DNA from: Kudoa neothunni | Lineage: Eukaryota > Animalia > Cnidaria | Assembly (NCBI GenBank): GCA_964304625.1 | Contig: OZ199839.1 | Location: 6,020,311-6,084,310, forward strand | Direction of reading: 5' to 3' | Length of the DNA stretch: 64,000 nucleotides | Shown: in pieces, positions 1 to 12,861 of the stretch | How the letters are laid out: every line of letters starts with the position of its first letter | Numbering within the stretch: the first letter of the stretch is position 1 | Notes under the pieces: generated by a model | What the model saw: only the letters and a program-made list of their open reading frames with translations | Told to the model about the DNA's origin: nothing | Database searches by the model: none | Translations under genes and position numbers: made by a program

Positions 1-3000
1 GGTGCAAAAAATTAGAAGAAACTAGAATTATCGATGTATTTGAATCAGGTAAAAATAAAACGTCAATTGCATTTGACGGTTTGTTTCATTTTTAGGCAGA
101 GGTTTAAAAAGTCGGCATCGAGACATTTAGAGTACCATATTGAGGATTATATGTTTTGAGTCACGGGATCGACGTAATGACTGAGATTCGGTTAGCTATA
201 CCTGTATCTTGTTAATAACGAGTACTTGGATTAAATTATTAAAGATAGATGCTAGTTTCTAGCATTATGGAAATATAGGATGGATAGTGTTTATTAGTAT
301 TCGAGAAAATTAGGTAATGTTAATGCCTGTGGCGTCTTAAAAACATCGTTGTTGTACCTTTTTTCGTAGAATTTTTTAAAATCCTTTATAATAAAATAAA
401 TAAATGTGGAGTGCAAAAATTTAGCCTCAATATATAACTTCTAAATTTTGACCGAATCTCACTTCGAACAAAATCGTTCCATGTGTAATCTTTCTTGTGT
501 TTACAAAAACTTGCAAGTTTCCTTATTCTTGGTATATTTTAACATAATGACTACCTGGAATCACCGAAACTATTTTTAACATAACTATTTCACTAAAAAT
601 TTAGTTTAAATGTTATATATAATGACGTTATATTTTACAAACGGAACAAATTAATTTATTCCTTAATTAATTAATAAATGAAATTTAATTTTGACTATTC
701 ATTATTATTGGAAAATAAAATTTTAGGACTGAATTCGTGTGTAAATTCGAACATAAACAATTTTAGTATTGTTTGATTTTCAATTTTAGTGCTTAAAATT
801 TGTAATTTTTATCAAAAAATTATTATCCAATTCATTAGTCTCTTAATTAAAAATAATGTATAACAATTATACCAATATAAAATAGTTTTATTTAAAAATT
901 AGTGGATAAATCAAGTACAGATAATCAATGTATTCATAGCTATTTTTTTCTATTCTATTCTAGTAAATTCAAATAAATCCAACATGTTTAAACCAAATTT
1001 TGTTGTGCGTATTTTATAATAACTGAAGCTACGAAAATGTAATATTATATTGAATTATTCCAGTATCATAAATGGACAATACAAATTTTGGAATATTTTC
1101 GCCATATACTCCTTATTTGTTTCTAAAAACTCCATATTAATGAATCTGAATAAAATTTTGCTGATTCTATCAATTTTCTATGATAATGCTTCAGAGAAAT
1201 TGTTCCTCTGATATATCTTCTAAGATATAGTCGACAGTCGATTTTATACTTTTTTTGCGAAATTACTTATAATGTTAAATGTTCCTAATGTTTATATAAA
1301 CAAGTATATTCTACTAATAGTAATTTTAGTTTAAAGAATTGATTGTAAGCGATACAAAATATGTCCAAATCACGTGATCTACCGCTTTTGCACACTGTTC
1401 CCAGAAAAATTAGGAATGCGGCCTTAAGAATAGTTAAATAAATAAAAAAACGAGAAGAAGAATATTAAATATTTTTAAAATTTTCCACTAACCCTCAAAG
1501 GTGCGTTCTCAAAAAACTAACGTGTGTTCCCATGGGGACCGGTCAGCGACCCCAATGGTTTTCTACAATAATGATTGAGTATGATTCTAACTTTTGGTGT
1601 ATAGATTAATTAATCTTTTTAACATTAAAATATATATTTAAAATATCCAAGCGACAAAAGAATTTGTTAAAAATATCGTAACCATGTCGGGAGACATGAC
1701 CAATTAAACTTATCTAAACAAAACTTCAAATGGTGGATGTAATAGATACAACTATTAGATATAACTATTTCGGCTTCTTTTTTATCTGAATGTAACAAAG
1801 TAGAAACTTTTACACCACTTTAATTTCAATATTAGGTTGCTATCAAATGGCACTAACAGGAGGTAACTCCTGCGAAGTTCGGTAATCCAATATTGATTTA
1901 CACTAAGCTAAGTTTACAACACATCTTGAGAAACAAAGAATAATGTTGAGTCTAAATAAGTAAGGATGAATTTATTTGAGTTATGCGTGAAAATATTTTT
2001 AATCAGAATATAAATATGATTCAAAGCTTATTTCTTTCAACTTGATTTTGATCGTTTCAATAGTTATGATGAAATGACCTAGTTTAATTTCATTAAAAAT
2101 TAAAATAATAAAACGTTTAACATAAATGATAATTTGTTAGTTTCATGGAATAAGGAATCGTTGAAATTTGGCGATATCATGGCGCAGAAATAACGTGACT
2201 AAGTTTTAATCTATTAATTTTAAGTAAATATGGTCGCCTTTGAATTTACAATAATTTAAATTTAATTCGTAGAAAAAAATAAATATTATGAAATATTTTA
2301 AAAGCACATTAGGCAATCTGTTAGGTTTTCAATGCGCAATAACCTGGGCGACAATAATAGAGGGATTGATCTCTTTAATTCTATCCCATCTTCGGAATCT
2401 TATAAGTTATAACAGATAACAAAAATGGTTACAAATTACAATATTCCTCAGTTTGGTTGTGACAATATATATTGGAATGATCATTTTTCTTATCATATAA
2501 ATTAAATACACTTGCTACATCCATATAGAATAGTTTTAAGTAATATTAAACACAATTTTTGAACCGTACAATACTATAATTTATTTGAAACTAAGAATTT
2601 TTAAACAATACACGTTGATCTAAGATTACATGAACTCAAAAATTAAAATGAAGAGTTTAAGTAGGTAAAAACAAACGTTTACCAAAAATGGGATCACGAA
2701 TGACCCCGCATGGTCATGGTCTGGGGAGTGTTAGCGATCCGAGCGTTTCTGGTGTCGATTTGACCTCAGAGTTTTTACTGCTTTAAATGATAATACAATT
2801 TTTAAAGAAATGAATAATTGAATTTTGTTGACTTCCGCAGGCAGAATACTGAGATAATTAGGAAAACATGTAGACGAGATCATACGCGATGGCACGGATG
2901 AATCCATTTTAACGTGCCGTTCGCTCGAATTTACTCGAAACATGCTACCAAGTGCCTTAGTAAGACTTTTATGGGATTATTCCCATTGACCATGATAGCA

Positions 3001-5183
3001 ATTCTAATGAAATAATTTATATCACTTATTTTAATTATCGAAATTCAAATTGTATCGGTTCTGACGATAAAGAAGGGGCTTTGAATGTGTTTTGCGAGAA
3101 GACTAATGTTTATAGTTTAAATTATTAAAAAAAAGCGATATCAAAAATTTTGTTGTTCATATGCGCGTCAAACTACGTAAAAGTGATTACCAACCGCAGG
3201 AAACTAATTTGTTTCTCACGTTGCGAATCAACTTAATTTATATACATTTATAGTGAAAAAATTTGTACACACGAAAAATTGATTTATCTCATTAATTTGT
3301 TACAATAAAGTCCAAGTCGACAAAACACAGATAGCGCCAAAAAATTCACGCGATTTTGAACTATTCCATATACACGCGATGTGAATCGCTTTTAAAATAC
3401 AACAAAAGTTTTTCGATAAATTTATATTTAATTTTACCTAAGATTAAGTAACTATTCATTGCATTCAACGATACAATAAGAGCCTAGGATGGTTAATTTA
3501 TCCCCCAAAGCACCACGGGTATAGTGGATTTTGAGGTTGAGGTGCTCGAAGGTTAAACAGTTGGCAAACTTAATTTATCATTTTTACTACTATTAAAAAT
3601 GATCTCATCTATTCACCAACAATATAATATTTACATATTATTTTAATATCAAGTTTTACGAGGGACCACATATAAAGAGTTTAAAAAAGTGTTCCATTTT
3701 GAGGGCGGGAGAAAATAGTTTTACATCTATTGTTGTTAAAAGCAATAACTTGAGGTAAACTATTAATTATTAAAAAAGTATGTATGAGAATAATCAAAAT
3801 TATTTCTATCTTGCGCAGAATGTTCTGCTATTGATATGAGAGCATTCCTTCTCCACTTTCTTAGGATGAGGCAATAGAAGTTTCTCAAATCTTCACAGTG
3901 CCAATTACATTGCAGAGCTTTTGTGCGTGATATTAATTCGATAAAAAATTATTTTTTCGAAATTTACGATACTTTTTTAATTATTTTTCATTTGTATCAT
4001 AAAATAATATTATTTCTTAAACTTTACGAATAAAAACGTAGATGGAAGCACGCGGTCCTCTTACTGAATAAGGAATAATCGTATCACTTTTCTACATCGT
4101 TACCCCACGCTAATTTTATATCCAACGGAGAGTGATTAAGGATGAAGCGTTAAGTTTAATTAAACAGTGACACTTCGGAGCTAGTACAAGTACAAGTACA
4201 AACTACAAACTGGAGTTGGAGAAAAAAATTGTGAGTCAGAAATTTTTGAGTGTTCGAGCACATAAGAAACTGTAATCAGAACAAATCAAATCCCTCTAGA
4301 GATAAAGGTAGATAAGAAAAGAAATTATAGAAGATGAGTTGCTGAATCAAATTGTGCGACCGTCATCGAAGGGGAAATTTTGATAACCTATCGTATGAGA
4401 ACGAAAAAAATATTTATTCTATATTTTATTTTTGTTATTATTTTAAATATTTTATAAATACAATTTATGCGTGGTTTTCATAAAAAATAATCATTTATTT
4501 GATGCACGAACCGAAGTGTGGTCGATGTTGGAGGTTGCACTCTACCTAAAATATCAACACTTTTTCAAATGTATTAATGAAACGGGTATGCAAAACACAA
4601 CAACCTATTACCAATTTGTGAATACGAAATATTTTCGAATGGTAAACAACTGTTATCATATTTATTTGTAATAGTTAAAAATTCAAAATATTAGATTTAA
4701 TGGATGAATAATTAGAAATAGAGTTTTAAATTAGTTCTGATTTAATAAAATAATTATTCTGTTGATTATCATGCAATACAGTTCGAATGGGTATTGGAAT
4801 AAGAAGAATTTTAATCGATTTAATGATGATTCTTCATTCTATATAAAAAAACCAACCTAACAACCGTAAGCATAAACAATTTAATGATAAGGTTAAAACG
4901 GATTATTGAGAGTTAAACTCCCAATTTGTGAATAAGATTCAACGGAACACTCCAAAATTTGTAATAACAATATAAAATCAATGTTGATAAATTAGCGAGC
5001 TTATACAACTACCAAAATTTGTAAGGATGCGGCATCAAAACATTCTTAAATAATTATACGCATCAAAAATGCGCATTGTAATCAGATTTCCTCTAAAGAC
5101 GATTGTGCGCAATCGACAAAAGATCGTCACTTGTGTTTCAATCAAAATTGATATTTTTTAAACCAGCAAAATTCCATTAAACA

Positions 5184-6062
5184 ATGTCTGGTCGAGATGA
5201 TGAATACGACTATCTATTTAAAAGTAGTTTTTCATGGAAATAGTTATGGTTGTTGATTGGAGGAATAATTACCGGATAGTTGTTTTAATTGGTGATTCTG
5301 GAGTTGGAAAAAGCAATCTACTGTCTAGATTCACTAGGAACGAATTCAATATGGAGTCCAAAGCAACAATAGGTGTGGAGTTTGCCACACGAACATTGAA
5401 TATAGAAGGAAAAGTTGTTAAAGCTCAAATCTGGGATACAGGTATCTGGTTTGGTTGTATTGATAGGGTTTTCAATTGTAGCTAATTAATGATAACATGT
5501 AGCTGGACAAGAACGTTATAGAGCGATTACAAGCGCGTAATTTTTATAATTGTGTGTGTATATGTTGGTGCATCTTATCTTATAATAGCTATTATCGTGG
5601 TGCTGTTGGTGCACTACTTGTTTATGATATTTCCAAACACACAAGCTATGATAATGTCGATCGATGGCTGAAAGAATTGCGCGATCACGCTGATTCCAAT
5701 ATTGTAATTATGCTCATTGGAAACAAATGTGATCTTCGACATCTTCGCGCAGTGCCCACTGATGAAGCTGAATCGTATGCAGAGCGAAACCATCTCAATT
5801 TTATTGAAGCATCGGCTTTCGATGCCACCAATGTTGACAAATCTTTCACATGTATCCTTGAAGGTGAGTTGTTGTGAATTTTCGAGTATGTTTACTACAT
5901 CTAACAATTTCCCGCATAGAAATCTACAAAGTAGTTTCGCAAAAACAATGCCTGGATGGGGAACACAACAAATCGCCTGGTGGATCCAACGGTGTTGGTC
6001 CATCAAGACCTGTGCAAATCACAGTCAAACCCGATAGTCTTGAAGCGAAAAAATGCTGCTAA
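5184..6062 (+). CDS. RAB11: Rab11 small GTPase, 5 exons
   Basis: Spliced translation [36 protein letters not shown]...[22 protein letters not shown]...GNKCDL...KKCC*. Four GT-AG introns keep the frame, and the C-terminal CC is a prenylation site. Confidence 0.97.
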
Positions 6063-6217
6063 CTATTTCTACCATCCTCCTATTCTTAATCTTTCTCATT
6101 CTGTGATATTGATTGGATGCAAGCCAGAGTCACAGTCGTATTCTTTTAACCATTTTTAATATGCCGCTCACTATATTTATATTTTCTTATTAGGCGGCTT
6201 TTTTCTGCTGAATAATA

Positions 6218-6437
6218 ACACATTGATATTGCTCTTTTCTCTTAAGGTTATTAACTCAATTTAGTTAATTAAACACATGTTTGTTTAATTACTCAAACAA
6301 TAAACCTGTTGCAGTTCTTGTTAGGTGTTTTTTTGTTGAACACTTACACATTGTCACGTTGATATTGCTTTGTTTGCTTAAGGTTATTAACTCAATTTAG
6401 TTATTTAGAAACATGATTGTTTAATCACGGAAACAAT
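6218..6437. repeat. Diverged tandem duplication of ~90 bp downstream of Rab11
   Basis: Core CTTAAGGTTATTAACTCAATTTAGTTA occurs at ~6241 and ~6377, with similar flanks. Confidence 0.75.
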
Positions 6438-6489
6438 ACGTCGGTACATTTTTTAATTGACCGTTGGTGGTGTGGACCCGTGCATGTCA

Positions 6490-8950
6490 TTTTCATATTG
6501 TACATTAATTATTTGTCATGGTAAAAATAAGCTTATTTCATAATTACTTTTGTTGCATTAATTATAAATTTTCATATTGTACACTAATTATTTGTCATGG
6601 TAAAAATAAGCTTATTTCATAATTAGCTTTGTTGCATTAATTATAAATTTTCATGTTATACATTAATTATTTGTCATGGTAAAAATAAGCTTATTTCATA
6701 ATTACTTTTGTTGCATTAATTATAAATTTTCATATTGTACACTAATTATTTGTCTTGGTAAAAATAATCTTATTTCATAATTACTTTTGTTGCATTAATT
6801 ATAAAATTTTCATTACACTAATTATTTGTCATGGTAAAAATAACTTTATTTCATAATTACCTTTGTTGCATTAATTATAAATTTTCATATTGTACACTAA
6901 TTATTTGTCATGGTAAAAAATAACTTTATTTCATAATTACCTTTGTTGCATTAATTATAAATTTTCATATTGTACACTAATTATTTGTCTTGGTAAAAAT
7001 AATCTTATTTCATAATTACTTTTGTTGCATTAATTATAAATTTTCATATTGTACACTAATTATTTCTCATGGTAAAAATAAGCTTATTTCATAATCACTC
7101 TGGAGTGCATTAATTATAAATTTTCATGTTATACATTAATTATTTGTCATGGTAAAAATAAGCTTATTTCATAATCACTCTGGAGTGCATTAATTATAAA
7201 TTTTCATGTTATACATTAATTATTTGTCATGGTAAAAATAAGCTTATTTCATAATTAGCTTTGTTGCATTAATTATAAATTTTCATGTTATACATTAATT
7301 ATTTGTCATGGTAAAAATAAGCTTATTTCATAATTACTTTTGTTGCATTAATTATAAATTTTCATATTGTACATTAATTATTTGTCATGGTAAAAATAAG
7401 CTTATTTCATAATTACTTTTGTTGCATTAATTATAAATTTTCATATTGTACACTAATTATTTGTCATGGTAAAAAATAAGCTTATTTCATAATTAGCTTT
7501 GTTGCATTAATTATAAATTTTCATATTGTACATTAATTATTTGTCATGGTAAAAATAAGCTTATTTCATAATTACTTTTGTTGCATTAATTATAAATTTT
7601 CATATTGTACACTAATTATTTGTCTTGGTAAAAATAACTTTATGTTCATAATTACCTTTGTTGCATTAATTATAAATTTTCATATTGTACACTAATTAAT
7701 TTGTCATGGTAAAAATAACTTTATTTCATAATTACCTTTGTTGCATTAATTATAAATTTTCATATTGTACACTAATTATTTGTCTTGGTAAAAATAACTT
7801 TATTTCATAATTACCTTTGTTGCATTAATTATAAATTTTCATATTGTACACTAATTATTTGTCATGGTAAAAATAACTTTATTTCATAATTACCTTTGTT
7901 GCATTAATTATAAATTTTCATATTGTACACTAATTATTTCTCATGGTAAAAATAACTTTATTTCATAATTACCTTTGTTGCATTAATTATAAATTTTCAT
8001 ATTGTACACTAATTATTTGTCATGGTAAAAATAACTTTATTTCATAATTACCTTTGTTGCATTAATTATAAATTTTCATATTGTACACTAATTATTTGTC
8101 ATGGTAAAAATAACTTTATTTCATAATTACCTTTGTTGCATTAATTATAAATTTTCATATTGTACACTAATTATTTGTCTTGGTAAAAATAAGCTTATTT
8201 CATAATCACTCTGGAGTGCATTAATTATAAATTTTGTTGTTATACATTAATTATTTGTCATGGTAAAAATAAGCTTATTTCATAATCACTCTGGAGTGCA
8301 TTAATTATAAATTTTGTTGTTATACATTAATTATTTGTCATGGTAAAAATAAGCTTATTTCATAATCACTCTGGAGTGCATTAATTATAAATTTTGTTGT
8401 TATAAATCAATTATTTGTCATGGTAAAAATAAGCTTATTTCATAATCACTCTGGAGTGCATTAATTATAAATTTTGTTGTTATAAATCAATTATTTCTCA
8501 TGGTAAAAATAAGCTTATTTCATAATCACTCTGGAGTGCATTAATTATAAATTTTGTTGTTATAAATCAATTATTTCTCATGGTAAAAATAAGCTTATTT
8601 CATAATCACTCTGGAATGTATTGATTATAAATTTTCATGTTATACATTAATTATTTGTCACGGTGGAAATAAATTTATTTCATAATCACTCTGGAGTGCA
8701 TTAATTATAAATTTTCATGTTATACATTAATTATTTGTCATGGTAAAAATAAGCTTATTTCATAATCACTCTGGAGTGCATTAATTATAAATTTTGTTGT
8801 TATAAATCAATTATTTCTCATGGTAAAAATAAGCTTATTTCATAATCACTCTGGAGTGCATTAATTATAAATTTTGTTGTTATAAATCAATTATTTCTCA
8901 TGGTAAAAATAAGCTTATTTCATAATCACTCTGGAATGTATTGATTGTAA
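6490..8950. repeat. 79-bp tandem satellite, ~31 copies
   Basis: Unit TTTTCATATTGTACACTAATTATTTGTCATGGTAAAAATAAGCTTATTTCATAATTACTTTTGTTGCATTAATTATAAA recurs every 79 nt. Variants are arranged in blocks. Confidence 0.97.
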
Positions 8951-9933
8951 AAAATCACCCTTTGTTCATATATATGACCAGTGAATTTTCTATTCGAAAT
9001 TGTTACAAGTATTAAAATTACGTGTATATATAAATTATTTTTTCATCTTCTTCTGTTGAACAGGTGGTCCCTTAAATAAATATGGAGTCCGAGTATTATT
9101 CTAGCACTTAAATGCATTCAGTATTTATTCATTTGATACAAAGGTTAAGACCCGATTATCTGGATAACAATTATTCTAATTATAACTACCCAATATCTTT
9201 AAAATAATTAATGACATACTTAATATGCATAGTTGACATGACGCCGAGTTTACGTAATTAAGCTTAATTTTCGTGAACAATTGATTAAATGGTTAGATGT
9301 TACTCACTTACTATAAGTAATTGCGGGGTGTGTGTAATCGATAAGTATTAGCAGCTAAAATTTGAAAGTAACTAATAAAATAAGTAACTATGACAAACAC
9401 AAGCACATAGAATCGGCTTTAAATTGTAGTTAATAGTTAAAAATGTTGAATTTTTGAATGGACGACCGCGTTCAGTGCAGGTGTTTTTGGGGTTAAATCT
9501 ACTTTCGAAGACAAACTATCTTATTCTGCTAGGAACTAAAATTTTTAACGATTACCTGTAAAATATATGATACATTAATACTTTCGATGCCAAACATCAA
9601 CATCGAACATATATAAAAGACCGAAATCTGAATATTGTGTGAATGCGCATTTGGTTATCACTGAGTTTGATGCGTGCATGATAGCACGTTTAAAAGAATA
9701 ATGATCATAATAATATGAGAAAGGCATCTGCAATGATGCCATTGTATATAAAGAGAAACGTGTGAGCTTTTAGGTTTGATTAATGCGTGCTATTTCAAAA
9801 GGTATCATGTCAACCATTAATCTATTATCTAAGGTTGACACGTAAGCTGTGAATTATTACTATTGGGGTTTTGACCTGGGCTATATTTCCAATGAGTTAT
9901 CGTTTCAAGCAGGTTGGAACAACCACATATGCA

Positions 9934-11770
9934 ATGATATTTCGCATGGAAATGATTGTTGCTATTCTGATATGCACCTTAATGTGTGGGGTCCCAGTGT
10001 CACCGTTTGTGCCCAAGCACGAATATGTGTATTCGATCAAAAGGGACGTTATTATGAATGCTGATAAATCGGGAATCAACTTTTTTAACTCTCTTGGAGG
10101 TAGGCCCTAGATAAATTGTGTGCTGAGGTTTGTTCCACAAAATTTATCTACAAAATGCACATTTAGATATTCTTGTCAACGACCAAACAATCAGACTTGT
10201 TCCTTCTATGGAGAACAAAAAAGGTCTTGATGCTTTAATTCATACTGAAAATCAATGGTTTGTTTTTATAAGGTTTAATCCATTCGAAGAGAAAAACATT
10301 TTTTGAATGGTGGGAAGTGGTTATCGATGCCCATATCATGGGATCCAACAATATCGGGGCCGATGGAATGGTATATTGCTAGGCGCATTATTATTTAACA
10401 AAAGCATTGGTTGGTAGGCATTTTGGTTTCTGAGTGAACCACCCAGTTTGGGCGCCGCCTTTGGAGCGGCGGACCGATGGCGCGGACTTGGAGTAATGTT
10501 CGACACCTTCAACAATGACAATCAAGGTCCAAATCCACAAATTGTTGCTATTTTAAACAATTCCACCTTCATTTATGATCACGACTCGTAATATGCATAT
10601 AAAATTATAGTTGATTTTTGGAGTGAATTAACGCATTTAGCGATGGTAAAAATCAAGTGAGTGCTGGCTGTCAAATCGATTTCCGAAACACCCCCTTTAG
10701 AGTGCGTCTACGCTACTTTGAGAATAGACTCACTGTATAATTCTATTTAAAAAATACTTTGTTATTTTTATAACATTGTATATTCCAATAGATGTGGTTT
10801 AAAAGTTTGGATGAAAATTTTGCAATAAACGAAGTGAACCCTCCGAATCTTGGGGCCACTACAATGGATCCAACATATGGATACATTTGTTTCAATAAGG
10901 AATCTGTTTATCTACCTAAGGAAGGATATTTCGCATTGTCGGCCATGACAGGAGATTTCGGAGATGACCATGACGTCAATGGCATGACAGTCTTCAGTAT
11001 TAGACCTGGGACTGACAAGCGTACCATGTTGACTACGGAACAAGATCGTTTGTTAGAATCAGAAAAATCAAATTATGATCAACTAATCAAAGATAGAGAA
11101 CAGCAGTAAGTTTTTCAATGGATATGAAATAATAAAACATTTATGGTTATCTCATCTATCACATTTTAGGTACGCCCAGAGAAATCCTTCAGCTTCAAAT
11201 AATAAGGAGAAAGTTTTCGCTGAAGATCATTATTCACAAGCTTTACATATTGTTAAGTCACAACAGAATTTATTATTGTCAAAATTTGAGTATAATGTGT
11301 TTGATTCTATTTGTTCCTAATTTATTCGAAAGCAATTTCGACTCAAAAATCAACCACTACATTTCACAAAAACATCAAAACTCCAAAAACAATGCCGCTC
11401 ATCAACACCATGCCATGTATGGATTGATAATTTGTTTCTACATATATGTGTGTATTATTTGTACCAGAAATCATCTTCAGACTAAAATAACCGAAAGCTT
11501 GGAAACTATCCACAAAGAATTTTCGTATATACATTCAATGCTTGATCAAAACGCCAAACAGGTAATCTTTTTAATTAATCCGTTTAACAAACATTTTTTA
11601 AATATCTCCTAATGTAGCTTAAAATTCTCGAAAACAACTCCAGTAGAAATACTTCAGCATGTTTGTCAACAAATCTCTTCTGTGTTGTTATGATTATCCA
11701 ACTCATCGTTATGGTTGGATTTGTTGTTGTTCAATCAAGAATTATAAATCGTGTTAAAAAACTCTACTGA
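9934..11770 (+). CDS. LMAN1: L-type lectin cargo receptor ERGIC-53/LMAN1-like, multi-exon
   Basis: Signal peptide; lectin motifs GADGMAFW, FGAADRWRGLGVMFDTFNND and GYFALSAMTGDFGDDHDV; stalk; Cys before a TM helix; cytosolic tail ending KKLY*. The start could instead be 9946. Confidence 0.9.
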
Positions 11771-11955
11771 TTATACTCGCCATTAATATACAAAATTTTT
11801 GATTATCTAAACTATCGATTTTGTTTTATGTTGTTCTGTGTTTATTTTGAACGGCTGGTCCAAATATCAAATATTTATTTACGATGGAGATTTCATGAAA
11901 AGTGTAAAGCGTCCATTCATAACCTCTTCACCTTCAGTCATATTCTCCAAAATTA

Positions 11956-12861
11956 ATGACGTTTCTTGAAGTTCTCTTCCTTAAATTATTCCTTTTAAGT
12001 GTATCTTTACAAATTCAAATATCTAAAGTAGTATCAACTCAAATTCTGCCAGCAATACATTTTTATAGAGACAAGCTGTAGGAGTTAGTGCCAAAGCTAA
12101 TGTGGATATAAATCTGGATGGTCTAAATAATGCGGGAGAAGGTATTAAGATTGATATAAGTCACCATTTGTTCATTTACATTACTTTCCAGGGTCATCTG
12201 AAACAACATGTCCACCTTGCCCGCCTCCTGCACCCGTTACTTGTCCACCCTGTCCTCCTTCAGTTATTTGTCCCCCGTGTCCTCCAGTAACTCCAGCCCC
12301 TATAACTTGTCCACCTTGCCCGCCAATAACTCCAGCCCCTGTAACTTGCCCTCCAGTAACTCCAGCTCCTGTAACTTGTCCACCTTGTCCGCCAATAACC
12401 CCAGCCCCTGTAACTTGTCCACCCTGTCCACCAATAACTCCAGCTCCTGTAACATGCCCACCTTGTCCTCCAGTAACTCCAGCCCCTGTAACTTGCCCTC
12501 CTTGTCCACCAATAACTCCAGCTCCTGTAACTTGTCCACCCTGTCCGCCAGTAACTCCAGCCCCTGTAACTTGCCCTCCTTGTCCACCAATAACTCCAGC
12601 TCCTGTAACTTGTCCACCCTGTCCGCCAGTAACTCCAGCCCCTGTAACTTGCCCTCCTTGTCCACCAATAACTCCAGCTCCTGTAACTTGTCCACCTTGT
12701 CCACCTCCAGTGATGGAGTCTCAGCCTTCGGTGACACCGTGCCCTCCTTGTCCCCCATTAGATACGGGCCCGCAATCCACAGAAGTGGAAACTAAAGTAC
12801 ATTCATAGATAGCCCTTATTGAAATAATGTAATTTAGACTCATACCAACTTGAGTTGTTAA
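11956..12861 (+). CDS. Secreted Cys/Pro/Thr-rich tandem-repeat protein with 14 CPPCPP motifs, ~257 aa
   Basis: Exons 11956-12027, 12069-12141, 12192-12796 and 12838-12861 are joined by GT-AG introns and give MTFLEVLFLKLFLLSVSLQIQISK-RQAVG...(TCPPCPP[I/V]TPAPV)n...THTNLSC*. Differences between repeats fall mostly at synonymous positions. AATAAA at ~12889. The stop is at 12808 if the last intron is not used. Confidence 0.8.
12207..12760 (+). repeat. Coding 39-nt tandem repeat with a 78-nt higher-order unit
   Basis: Units of the form ACTTGTCCACCTTGTCCACCAATAACTCCAGCTCCTGTA, with Ile and Val variants alternating in the 3' half. Confidence 0.92.

Noticed and set aside
1490-3557. A single piggyBac spanning TAACCC...GAAGGTTAA
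   Set aside because: The two ends do not match as TIRs and are probably fragments of different elements.
6490-8950. CRISPR-like array
   Set aside because: No unique spacers, no cas genes, and a eukaryotic context.
12208-12795. Listed ORFs over the repeat (Ser/Asn-rich + frame, Leu/Glu-rich - frame) and the antisense Gly-rich GGQGGQVTGAG frame
   Set aside because: These are shadow frames. The Gly frame has a TGA at ~12721 and no usable start, whereas the CPP frame links by canonical introns to a signal peptide.
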